Part shown: piece after piece, positions 1 through 12,200 of the stretch | Layout of the letters: each line of letters begins with the position of its first letter | Position numbering within the stretch: position 1 is the stretch's first letter | Assembly (NCBI GenBank): GCA_905178155.1 | Contig: CAJINV010000007.1 | Span: 163,004-227,003 of the forward strand | Length of the DNA stretch: 64,000 nucleotides | Source: Amoebophrya sp. A120 | Taxonomy: Eukaryota; Protista; Dinoflagellata | Direction: 5' to 3' | The notes under the pieces: model-generated | Told to the model about the DNA's origin: nothing | The model's input: the letters and a program-made list of their open reading frames with translations, nothing else | The model's database searches: none | Position numbers and translations under genes: made by a program

Positions 1-111
1 CTCCACCTCTGTCGACCTCTTTTTTACCTCTTTTGACCTCTTTTTGACCTCTCGGCCACCTCTCGTTTACCCTCTGTCTACCTCTTTTTCCGCATGAATA
101 TAGTATATAGT
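1..111. mobile_element. CCTCTC-rich non-autonomous element, copy 1 (partial), inside an introner
   Basis: Same end (…CGCATGAATAtagtaTATAGT) and gtcgacctct repeats as 33200-33307 and the reverse complement of 22398-22510. Confidence 0.75.
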
Positions 112-231
112 AATAGCATGACAAATTTTTGCAAAAAGAAAAATGGAATTTGTAATGCTGATTGAGGTTAAATGGTAGATCTGTCATGCAAGACTGCCAT
201 TCATACGAGTACGATACTTTTGCACAGGATA
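112..231. mobile_element. Introner family B (partial)
   Basis: Right TIR cgagtacgatacttttgcacaggATA. Confidence 0.8.
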
Positions 232-3200
232 CTTTTCCGCTTGCTGCAAAACGGCGGTTTGCTCGTCAATTGATTGCTCCAGTTCCCGCTGTCGGTCCTG
301 AAATCTTTTCTCGAGATTTTGCTCGAAGAGCACTTTTTCTTCCTCAATTTTCGCCTTTTCTTCCTTCATTTGTTGCCTCTCAGAATGAACTGACTTCTGC
401 AAATTGTCCTCCTTCTCCGCAAACTTTTGCTCCATATCCCTCTTCTCCTGCTGCAAGGCCATCCGCTCGGTGGACAAGTCGGCGGAAAGCCTGTTCTTAT
501 CCAGTGCAAAAGTATCGCACTCGGACTATTTATTGCAGTTACGCATCACAAATCTAGTTCTAGGCGCCAAGGGCAATCCGCGTTACAAAATTCATTTCTC
601 ATGCTGCGAAAATTTGTAAATGCATTTGTACGAGTACGATACTTTTGCAATGCATAGTTCTGCTTGGACAGCAGTTCCGCTTCCAGTTCGGAAATTTTCG
701 CCCGAAACTGCTGGTCCAACTCGCGCTCCTTCTTTCGCAGGGAATCCTGCTCCTGCAAGAGTTCTTCGTTGTAGAAGTGCTGCTTTTCCAGAGTGAGTTT
801 TTGTTTGCTTTCCAGGAGTTCCTGGGAAAGCTTCTCGAATTTCGTCGTCTGCTGCTCCTCGTTATGGCGTTCTCAAACGTTACATTCTCAACTGTTACAT
901 GAACTTGTAATGCAAGAACGGCAAAAGTGAAAGGGCGAAGTTTGCGCCTTTTGCATTACAAGTTCCGCACAGATTTAGGTGCTGTTTAGCCCCTCGCAGA
1001 TTTGTCATGCGAAGCAGCTTGACCATCTGGCGGCTTAAGGTAGTTTTGCATGGCAAATCCATGTAACAGTTGAGAATGTAACGTTTGAGAATCCCATACT
1101 CGTGCTGGAGGATTTGGAGCTTCTGTTTTTCCAACACCTGTATCAAATGCAAGTATGTCTGGGTCCTCTGGAAGGATGCAAGGTTTGTCATGCACGTTTT
1201 ACATGACTCCTGATGTCTGTGATGCATGCCCTAGCATCACAGATTCTGTGAGGGCTTCCCGTTCATGCCTATACCGCATGAGAAATGCCGTGTCGCCGTG
1301 GTAAAAACTGGCCCTCTTTTGCTGTTAATGCAATACAGATTTTCGTAGAATCCAAGTGCAGCATCACAAGTTGCATCTTTCCAGACAGCATCCAAGGCTA
1401 TTTGCAGCGCATAACCTCTCGCAGTTGAAACACCTCCTGCTCCGCCTGCTGGAACTGCTGTTTCTGCTGCTCCAGAAAGCGCTGCTGCTGATGCAACGCG
1501 TTCTCTTCCTGGAGCTGCTGTTGCCGCTTCCCGGAGAAAGATTCTTCCTCGATGGAAAACGCTTTCCGTTGCTTCTCCAGTAGCTGCTTTTCCGCGTCGA
1601 GCTCGGCTTTCAGCAATTCCAGTTCCGTCTGCTGCTTGAGCAGAATTTTCTCGCTGTCCTGTAGCTTTTTCACTGAACTTCTTTCCTTCTCACAGAGTTC
1701 CTTCTCAATCTGATCGCACCGGTCCTGCTTCTCCAGTAGCGAACTTTCCATCTGCTTCTTTTTCAGCTCGAAGTCTTGCATCAGTTCAAGAAATCCGTGC
1801 TCCGATTTCTGCAGCTCCAGTTCGGATTTCTGCAGCAGCTCCGACCGTAGTTCGAGTTCCTTCTGCTCAAAACTTGCTTTCAAATTCTGCTTCTCGAGGT
1901 CTAGCAGATGCGTTATCCTGAGCAAAAACGACCCCACCCCATAGTCAAGATGGGAAACCTGCTAAACAAATCAGCCAGCTTTGGTTGTTGTGCATGACAG
2001 GTTTCGCCTCGTAGTGCAATCCTGTTTAGCTTGTTCAGCGGCATCACAGATCTAGCCTACTATGCTGATTGGAGCATTACAAATCCCAAAGAACGACTAG
2101 AAAATGCTTCTCATGGATCTCCGCATGAGAAACATTTTCAGCATGCAGATTTGCATTACAACTCTGGTGTGGGGACGTTTCTACTCACGATATGCGTCTT
2201 GTCGTCGAGGTCTTGCTTCAATGCTTTCTCTTTCTGGGTAAACTCGAGAGTCATATGAAATGCAAAAATGTCTGGGTCTGGAAACTTGTGATGCTAAAAT
2301 GTGACTGGTGGGCGCACTGCAATACGCAACCAAGCATGACAAATTTTTGAGCTGCTCTTGTGTTTCGTTTTTCGCATGGCAAACTGCGTTTCTGCATGAC
2401 AGACAAGAGGCCCTTTTCGTGCCTATGCAACACAGATTCTCGAGTCATACCAGACAAGCATGACAAACTTCCAGACCCAGACACTTTTACAGTTGATAAG
2501 TCAAAACCTTCTCCAATTCCTCCAATTCTGCCAGCCGCTTCTTCTCGATCAGCTCCGCGTTCAATCTTATGCATTGCGAAAGTATCGCTCTCGCATGGCA
2601 ATCATCGTTCGTTCGTTGTGGATCGGCTCTGCCGACCGGGTAACCCAACGCCTTGCATATAAATGACCGACTTAGGCGAATCCCGTTGCGGGCATACAAA
2701 TTGGCCGTACGGAAGGGCCCTAAGCGCTACATACATAGTTCACCCTAAGCGCCTACCACTTCGGTCTGGGACCTCGTCTACCTGATCCTGGGGGTCCACA
2801 GCGCACTAGCCCTTTGCTAGCATAAACAGACTGGGTTCTAAAAACTGACTTAACTCCCTCCATCCTTACAACAGTAAGGCCATCATAAAGGTGCGCTAAA
2901 AAGGGTTCGGGGCGCTCCGTACGGAAGGGAGCCTTTCGACGCGGCGTACGCTCTCCTGTAGAGGTTTACGCGGAACACGGATGGGCCGCGCACGCAACTC
3001 AGTCGAGGAGGACACACGCTATCCTCAATAACAGAGGCGGTAGTCCCTCACGGCGGCTGGCCTGTCTGAAGACTGTAAGCCCCACCTCCCATCTTCCCGG
3101 TTCGTCAATGACTCGGGCGAGCCATGTTACTTAGACTCCCCGCACATGCAAATATGGGACGGCTGGGGGGGTTTAAAAGGTGCTCGCGCCGTTCATGATC

Positions 3201-6200
3201 TACTATAAAAGAAAAAGTCTTACTTATACAAATGGCGGAGCTTATAACTACGAGCTGATGGCCTCCTGTTTAATGCTTCATCTCCCTCCTTCCTCTTTTC
3301 TTCCTTCTTCAATTAAATTCGCCCCCCTCTTCACCTTTAACTCGCCTCTGTTTCAATTTAACTCGCCGCCATCTAACTCGCCTCCTTCCTTCTTCGCCAT
3401 TAGTCGCCTCCTCTCCTGTCTCTTCCCCACTTTGACTCGCCCCTTTCCCGTCTAGCTAGCTGCTCCCGGCTCGCAGTTCAGAGTCTTCGCGCATTCAAGT
3501 CGAACGCCTGGCCCCGTTACCTGCGTAATTATTTTTTTTTATTTTTTTTTTTTTTTGGGTCTGGATCGTCTCCGGGCTTCTTTATCTGGATGGGCTCGAT
3601 CTTCTTAGCCTCTTGTCTTTACCTGCTTAGTATATTTTTTGGGATCCTGTAAGTTCCTCACCCTGCCTCGTGATCTGCCTGAGTGCTCCCGTGCTGATCT
3701 TAGTTGTATCAATTTCGTCGGCCGCTTAATGGTTCCACTAGCTGGACAGGTTTTGAAGGCTCTGAGAGCGATGGCGAGGCTTTGGGACGAACGCACCAAT
3801 TCGCGCGAATCTTCTCGCCGGCTTCTCTTTTTTATTTTTTTTTTTTTTCTCTCCTGTTTCTGTTTCAGATTTAGAACTCTACTGCACTGGACTGCTGTAC
3901 TTTTCAGCAGCCGGCAAAGTCTTGCAGTGATGTGTTTTTCAAACGGCCAACGAGGTGCATTTCTCAAACTTGTAGAACATTCAGACGCGACTCCCGAGCT
4001 GACTTAGAGACTTTTCAGCTGTTTAACCGTAGAGATCCTGCGTCGCTTGTAGTCGTCCTCCCGCTCTCCCTCCTGCGCCCATCTGCAAGGGTTCGCTGAT
4101 AATCCGCTGCATCGTTTGCGCCAGCGTCTCCTCCTCTTCGGCTGCTTCTTGTTTATTATCTCCGTGCTGTTTGCTTTTCTGCCTTTTCCTTTGCGTTGTA
4201 TCTTCTCCTTCTGCTTCTCTCTTTTTGGACTCTGTTCTTTCTCCTTCGGCGCTTTTTCTTCTCCTCACGTTTTCACTGTTGCTCGCTCTTCCTCTTTGTC
4301 CTGCAGCGCTACTTGCTCTCTGGTCTTGCGATGCCCCGGCTTCCTTTGAGTATTTTTTATGCCCTCCCTTTGAAAATTCTAATGAGTACGGCGCTTTTGA
4401 GGTTAGGGGGTCTACTTCCGCCCGCACTGGCTCGGCCAACTCCTTTGCTTCTGTCTTTTGCTTTGTGCTTTTCGCTTCCGCTTGTTTTGATTTTCGTTGA
4501 GTCGCCGGCTTCTCATTTCCTCCCGTGACTTTAGCTTCTTTCCCTGCGCTGCTCCGCGTTATTCCTATACTTATGCCTTTACTTTCTAGCGACGCCCTGG
4601 CTTTTGGCTGGACGGCCGAGAACCTGCTGCGTTGCGCGCTGCCTTCGTGCCTACTTTTTTTCGTTTCTTTTTTCCCTCTTCCTTCTTCGCTCTCTTTCCG
4701 TTCCCCCCATTTTTCCTCTTTTGTTGTCGTCCCCTGTTTCGCTGGGCCGTCTCCCTCTGCGGTCACTTTCTGCCTCGTTTTTTTCTCCTTCCACTCCCCT
4801 ACGCCTCCTTGTGCCCTTTGCGCCCCTACCTTATCGACTCCTCTTGCTTCTTCTTTGTCTTCTTGGCCCGTTCCATCTACCTCCTCCCCTTCCCAATTGT
4901 AGTCCCGCAGCTCTCCAGGTAGTATCTTCTTCTCTTTTCTTTCTACTATCGAGAGCGATAGCGACTGCAATGCTGTCCCCTTTTCTGTGTCTCTTATACT
5001 ATTTTCCCTCGTGTCATTTCTATTTTGCGCATCCTCCTCTTCCTCCTTAATCATTCTTGCAGCGTTCTCCAGCAGCTTCCCCATTAGGTCCTCGTCTGCT
5101 TGCTTCACCTTTTTCCGCTCTACTAGATGCGCTTCTTCCTCACTTTCCTGCTCGTCTTGCCACTCTTTCAATATTCCTCTAATGTCGCTATTCTCCTTAA
5201 TATCTTCGGGCTCTTCTATCTTTTTGAGTTCTTCGGGGCATAGTGCTCCTATTATGAAGTCCTGCCGCTCAGTCCTTGTCATCTCTGGCCAAGCTTCTAC
5301 GTCTGGCAGCCCTAGCGCCCCTTCTCCGAAATCATATATCGGCCAGATTAGTGACCCTCTGTCCATCTCCGACACATCAATGGCTCGCAGGGTCTTGCTT
5401 GTCACTATCTCTACTCCTTCTCCCACCCTCCTCTCTTCTTCTTTTACTTCGAGGCCCCCCTTATCGATGCATATCCCCACTGTACCACTGTGGCCCTGGA
5501 ACCGCAAACGCCTCTGCGCTTCTTCTTTCTCTATCTTGTGCTTCTTCTCTACTCTTTCCTCATTTTGCTGATGTAGTTCTTCAATCTTTTCTGTCAACTC
5601 TAAACAAATCCCGTGCTCTGCCCGCAGTTGCCCCGCTGTGGCGCTCCGTAGCACATCGTAGTCCACTAGCTTCACCGCTATCCCTTCTGCTTCTTCTTTT
5701 TGCAAATCTTCCAGGATGCGCAGCGAGTTGCTCACATAGGCCAGGAATCTTTGCTCCTGCTCCCTCTCTTCTGTTTCGAGATGCTTCTGCTCTGTCTTAT
5801 ATATTCTCTTCTCCCACGATGCTCTTCCCGTCGTTCTTCCTGATACTATTCTTCTGCGGGTCACTACTGTCAGCCCTAACTCGTCTGCTGCAATCACTTT
5901 CACCAACTCTCCATCCTTCGGCCATGAATTCTCATACGTTCTAGAGTTGTCCTGTACTATCCCTGTCGCCCTCAGATCTGACACTGCTGGCATCCTTATG
6001 CTCGTCCCTTTTCCCATTGCTTCCAGTAACGCTATATCTGCCACGTTTCTCTTTTCCATCATCTCTTTGATTCCCTTCGTTATACCTTGCTCCCCTTCTC
6101 CTAAAATTCGCACTGGTAACGTTGCCCACTTCATAAATAGGCCGATGTCCGTGAGCATGTTCTTCTGCGCTAGTGATCGCAGTGTTTTTATACCCATTAA

Positions 6201-9200
6201 GAATGGATCAACTGCGGATAGAACATTATACGAGTACACTACCCGATAGAGCGTCTCCGGCGTTGTTTTTGTAATCTTCATTATTTTCTGCAGTGTCTTC
6301 TCTGTGAAGCCTATTGCTTCTGCTATTACTACTGCCAGCTCCCCCATCAACTCTGCCCAATCTTTGTCCGTGAAGAACATCTGCATAACCGGGAGGAAGT
6401 AGATCATCGCCGACGTAAAGAACACCTGTATTACCCACTTCAGTTCCTCGCCGTTAATCTTCTTCCTTGCTTTCATCACCTGCAGCGATAGGCGCTGCCC
6501 TATGCCGATGCTCTGCTTTACCTGTCCCTTTATTAACTTTCTCCGCTGCTCCGCTCCCAGCGTTGTTATTGTTGTCCCGAGTATTTTTATCGTCTTTCTT
6601 TCATTGAATCTGATCCCGAACGGTCTAAATGCTTTCCGCACTTCTTTCCTCCTCTTTTCCTCTCTATCTGACGACGTGAGCTCGCACTTCTGGGGTGCCA
6701 GGAATTGCCCCTCACGAGTGTACGTTATTTCGTACGCTATCGCTATTTCTTCCAAAATTTTCAATACTTTGCCGTGATCTTCTTCGTGGTATGTAAGTGC
6801 TAGCGCGCCATCATCAACGAACTGCACCGCTAGCGTTTGCGGCTGCTTCTTTTTTCCTTCTGCCGTGTTCTGCTCTCCTACCCATTCATATTTTTGCTTG
6901 TTCTTCCTTTTCCTTTTTAGTACTCTCCTCCTTCTCCTTCCTGTCCTGGGGGGCTGTTCTGTTTTGTAGATCTCATCCGTCTCATTTTCTACCACGTACG
7001 GCGGAAATGATGTGTCCGTCTCCGTTTCTTTTCTTGTGCCGAAGTTGTCCTTAATTTTTTCCCTTAGGTTTGTCCTTGCTGCTTGGAGCTCTTTGTCTCC
7101 CTTCACTCTCCCCGTTTCATCAAATACCTCCTCCAAATATTCCTGCACCGCCTCCACCCCTGGCATGAAAACCAATGTGCCCGCTAGCATGCACTCTACT
7201 GATCCCTGGATTAGGTCGTGATGGTTCTTTGCTTTTGCATACGTGTGCCCATTGCGTAGCCAAACTTCCTTATTCCAGTTTATTGCTGCGACGAGTTTCA
7301 GGTAGCACGGGCGCACTCCGCTGCGCCTGTACGCCCGCAACGCTGTGCAAAGCGTCAAACTATTATAGAAGTTCGACGCATCCAGCCCAATTATTACGCT
7401 AATCCACTTCCTGGCTTCTTCTTCTTCCCTCCTCTTCTCTTCTTCTTCCTCGCCTTTTCTTCTTTTTGCCTCCTCCTCCTGTTCTGTGTCCGGCGCTGTT
7501 ATCGGCGAAGTACCTCCCTCGCCTTCCTCTTCCGGTGCTTCTCCTTTCTCTTGAATTTCTTCGCCCATCCAGTTCTCTCCTGCCTTTTCCAGTTTGCTTA
7601 GTAGATCGCCTGGCTCCCCGTCTTCTTTCTCCGCACTATCCATGGTTTTTTGTATTTCTTCGCTGTGCAAGGTTTCCAATAACTGCACCACTGTTGCCTG
7701 ACATGAGGCGCCTGGCTTTGATGCTGCGCCACATCTCGCGAAACCATTGCTCTTATCGCTTATCCTGACCATTTGGCACGTTAGGTAGCTCATCAGAAAT
7801 CTCGCCACCGCCGTCCCCTGAATTACTGTTCTGATCTTCTCGCAGGCTGTTGACGCCGCTGTCTGTTTCTTCAACATTTCAACTTTCACCGCAGTCAAAC
7901 TCTTATCCAGAAACTTCTCTACGTCTCTCGGGGTCGTCGGGGACTCTGCTAGCTCTTCCAGGAATTTGCTGCACACCTGCGCCAGTATCCTTAACTGCTC
8001 GCCGCTTAATGTCTTGTATGCTTGGAATCTAATTCCATCCATTCCTGCTGCTTGTGCGTTTAGTCTCTTGATGTGCTTCTTGAGCTGGGTCGCTGTGACT
8101 CTGAGCGGCGCCACCTTCTTGCATGCTTCCGTCAGCGATTGATATGCATCCCGGAGTGTGCTCCCACTAAATGCGTGGCTCTTCCCATTCTCTTCCATTA
8201 TCGCTCCTACCTTTGAAATGTGGTTCCCAGCTAGCTCTCTGGTGCAGTTTTCTGCTCCCGATACTTGTCGACCCGCTACCGTCATTTCCGATATTTCTCC
8301 TTCCACCGGCTTTCCTCTTCCTTTTCCAAGTGCCATCTCCTTGGCTCTTCTGGCGTAGTCGTGGATGCTCTCTGGTTTGTCTTTTGTTTCTTCTAGCATA
8401 CAACTATGCGCCTCCATCCACTCTTTCGCTAGTTTCTTTTCTTCTTCACTCCGCGCTTCTTCTTTCTTTTCTTCATCTCCTTGGTGGGCCTTCCGACCTT
8501 TTCCCTTCCTTTCTTTCCCTGCGTCTTCCGGCTCCTCACTATTTTTTCCCTCCCCTTTTCTAACGCTATGGCCCTGGGCTTTCCCCTTCCCTTTCTTTTC
8601 TCTCTCTCTTATCCTTCTTCTTCTTATTGTCTCTGCCAGTTTCGGCACTGGCTTCTTTTTTTCTTTTATCATTCCCGTTTCCTTCATTGTGCTCGTCACC
8701 CACTTGCGGTAGCTTCTTATGTCCTTTATTTCTTCTGCGTTGATCGCGCTCGCTTCCATTTTCTCTTGAAGCTCTTCCGTCTTAATTGATCCCCTGGGCC
8801 AGCGCACTGTCTCTTCGAAAGGGTTCTCCTCTTCAAGTCTGTTTTTTCCCTTTATTATCTCGATGCTTCTTCGCATAAATTCCGGCGAAGGCTGCATCAG
8901 TGCGTACTTCGCGTTGAAGTGTAGTTCTTGCGGATCTTGTTCTGTTGCTCTGTACGTTGTCGCCACTTCCTCTTCCGCCTCCTGCTCCGTCCACATTATT
9001 GTAGCCATTAGCGCTAAATGATCCGCCTCATCGTACGGATTCATCCCCTCCTCAAACTCCAACACTCTTCGCACGGTCGGGTCTTTTGGTATCTGCACCC
9101 TCTGGATTTGCTTCGTGATTATCCTCGATCTGATTGGCGCCACTGCTAGGAAGTCTATCTTGGATGGGTTCCGCGCACTCCTGTAGCACGTCGGCCCCCC

Positions 9201-12200
9201 TGGTTCCATCGTCAGCGCTACCTCATTTACGTAATTCTGCAGCGGTAGATGCGCCTCCTCTTAGACTACTACGCTTATCGGGGTGTTGTTCTTGTCCTTC
9301 CGCAGTTTCATCTTTTCTTCTTTCGTTACCTCATATTCACAGTTTAGGTCTCCCGTTATTATTCCGATCTTAGCCCTTCCCATCATTTCCCTTATTTTCG
9401 CCAGCAGCTTCGCCATCTGTCCCCTTATAAATTTTCTCGCCGCTTCAGTGTCTTCTACCTTCGACTCCCTTCGGTATAGTGATACCACTAGCCTACCTGC
9501 TTCATTTATCGCCCCTGTTGCCCACATTAGCATCGCCTCTTTCTTGCCAATGTCCCGGGTGAGGTGCTCCCCTTCCTGCTCTTGTGCTAGGACTACTATA
9601 CTCATCCTGTACTCCGGCATCCTCAGCGGTTTCTCCACTTCCAGTATTGCTGTCCCTCCTGATCTTAATTCTACTGCTATTCTTCGCAGGTCCGTCGCTA
9701 TTGCCATGTAGATCCTTCGCCCTTTTAGTTTCATTTTTTGGTAGAGCCATGCCAATGCGTCCTTTACGTGCTCGAAAACTGCAACTTTTGCCGGTACTGC
9801 TGCCATTTTTGTTTCTGATATTGATGCTTCTGACGCTTCCAGTGCTGATATTGCTACCGCCAGCCTTATCGCGTTCGCCCTTCCTACTCCGTTTACGTTC
9901 CAATATAGGTGCTTTATAAGCTTCAGGCCGTCTACATCCACGTCACACGCTGCGCCTTCTTCCTCAGGTGGCAGGAATTCTATTATGTTCCCGCACTTTT
10001 CTTCTACATCTTTGGCAGCTCCTCGCTTATTCTCTTCGCTTCTTCTTTCTTCTAACTTTTCTAGCCACCGCGGGTCTTTAAACTTCTTTGGTTTTCGGAC
10101 CCCTTCACCCTCCCCGCTAATCTCCTCCGCCATTCTTCTACTTTTTTTACTTGTGCTGCTCCTCGAATTCTTCTGTCTGTCTTTGTCTTCTCTCTGGCCT
10201 GCCTGGTCTTCTCTTCTCTGCAATTTCGGCTGTGCTGGAATGCTTTCTTTGAGCATGCAGCAGACGAGGAGCAACGCCCTTCGCATATTTTTCTTCCTCT
10301 ACCTATGCTATTTTCTGATATCCTGACTCTGATTTTTCTGCTTCCTATTTAATATCCTAACCGCTCCGCCTATTTTGCTAGATTTTAAGGGTTCCTATCT
10401 GTTTCGGGACTGGTCAAAAAGATTTAGACTAATGCAGAGAAATTCCTACGCGTAACGATCTGTATGGATCTAGATATATTCGCAACGGCCGGGAGTACCT
10501 CGATCTGCAGTCCTTTCGCTCTCGTTGCGGAGCACGCGACTCTTTCCGAGTCCCTGGCATCGACTTCGTCCTCGTCAGTTTTTCTTTTCTATGATTTTCG
10601 TGGTTAATTACGCAACTCATGCAGTTTCTCGGGTCTTATCATCCAATTGCTCTCGCTCCTTCTTCTTTCGTGCCCTCCAATTTGCCATTTTCTCGCGCCC
10701 TATTCTCTTTCTTTCCTCTTCTTCCTCCTTTGTCTCGATCTTCCGCATCTCTTCCTTCTTTCTTCTTCTATTCTCATTGGCCGTTTCTCTGTACTTCATT
10801 TCCTTCTTCTCTCTTTCAGTCTTCTCTTCTTCTGACATTTCCGCGAGAGACTCCTTTCTTTTCTGCTGCGCCCTTGCTGCTTGTTCTTCCTGCACTTTCC
10901 TATCGTGCTCCAGTCTTTGGTCATACGACACTAGATAGAGCGCCCCCGCTGACCATGACTTTGTCTCTGCTAGCGCCATCGCCTTCCCTTGCCATTCTTC
11001 ATAGGCCTCCCTCGACTGCATCGCCTTTTTGTGTTCTGTGTGCCCGTCATTCTGCTCCCTCCGTTCTTCTTTCTTTGCTTTCGGTATTTCTAGCCCTTTT
11101 TCTTTGCGCTTTTTCGCCCATCTCCTTCTATAGTCTCCTATATGTATCTTCCACTGCTTCCTCCCCATCGGCGGTAGTTTCACTATTCCCTTTTCTCTTT
11201 TCCCTAATCTGACTGGGCAACTTTCAAACTCTCTATTTGTCTCTTCCGTCTCTGTCGCTTTCTTTCTGTTCAGGCGAATCATCAGGGCAGTCGTGCGCAC
11301 TCTCAATTTCGTCGCCCTCTTCCTCCTCTCCTCCCATGTCAGGCCCTTCCCGCCCTCGTCTTGTAGTGGTATTCTCTTCAGCCATTTTGAGTCCTTCTCC
11401 TCTGCTATTGCTGTTGCACCCCTTGGCTTTGTTGCTATCTTTTTGCTGCGTTTGCTTTTCTTAATTTTCTTCGCTTTGATCAGCGACCTCAGCTCCATCG
11501 TTGGGTCTGCCTTGAATAAAATTCGCGGCGGATTCTTGATCCTCTCTCGCAGCATCTGGCCCACTGTCTTTCTTGTTTTTCCTTCGTTCATTTCCTTGCC
11601 TTTCCCCTTTCCTTTCCCTCCTTCTTTATCTTGTCGCGCACGCTCCGCATCCTCGTCCTTACTCTCCCCGGCTGTTGCCGATTTCCTCCATCTTGTCAGC
11701 TCCTCTATGTTGCCATGTTTTCCTTTTCCTTCTCCCATTTTTCCTACTAAGGGCCTACTTCGTATTTTCATAAAGCTGACGACCCCGGTGGGTCTATGTC
11801 TACACTACTAATCTCATCGCTACTGACTCTCTCTATGTACGCCCTTTGCTTGCGTCGTGCTCGCTCTTCTTTTCTGCATTCAGTTACTTTCTTCATATAA
11901 AAAGGGCCGTCTGGCTTCCTTCTGCGTTCTATTTAATTCTGTCTCTGTCTAGCGCTATGGTATTCTAGCGGTCGTAGCTCTTTGGCTACTCCCTTTCTTT
12001 TTTTTCTTTCGACTTGCTCGAAGTAGTCCCTTAGATTGAGAAAAAAAAAAAACAACATCCATCATCCGCTTCTTTCACTCCTCCCATTCGTATTCCTCCT
12101 CTTTCATCCCCTTCGCCCCGCCCTTGCCCATGTCGCCGGTCTTCGCCCCTTTGACTCCTGCCATTCCGACCCCTTGTGGGTAACTTGGTCCTCCCCACAT

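Noticed and set aside
493-661. 4-bp TSD plus a 1-nt spacer polarised to the transcript
   Set aside because: The fifth base matches in most copies, so it is a symmetric 5-bp TSD.
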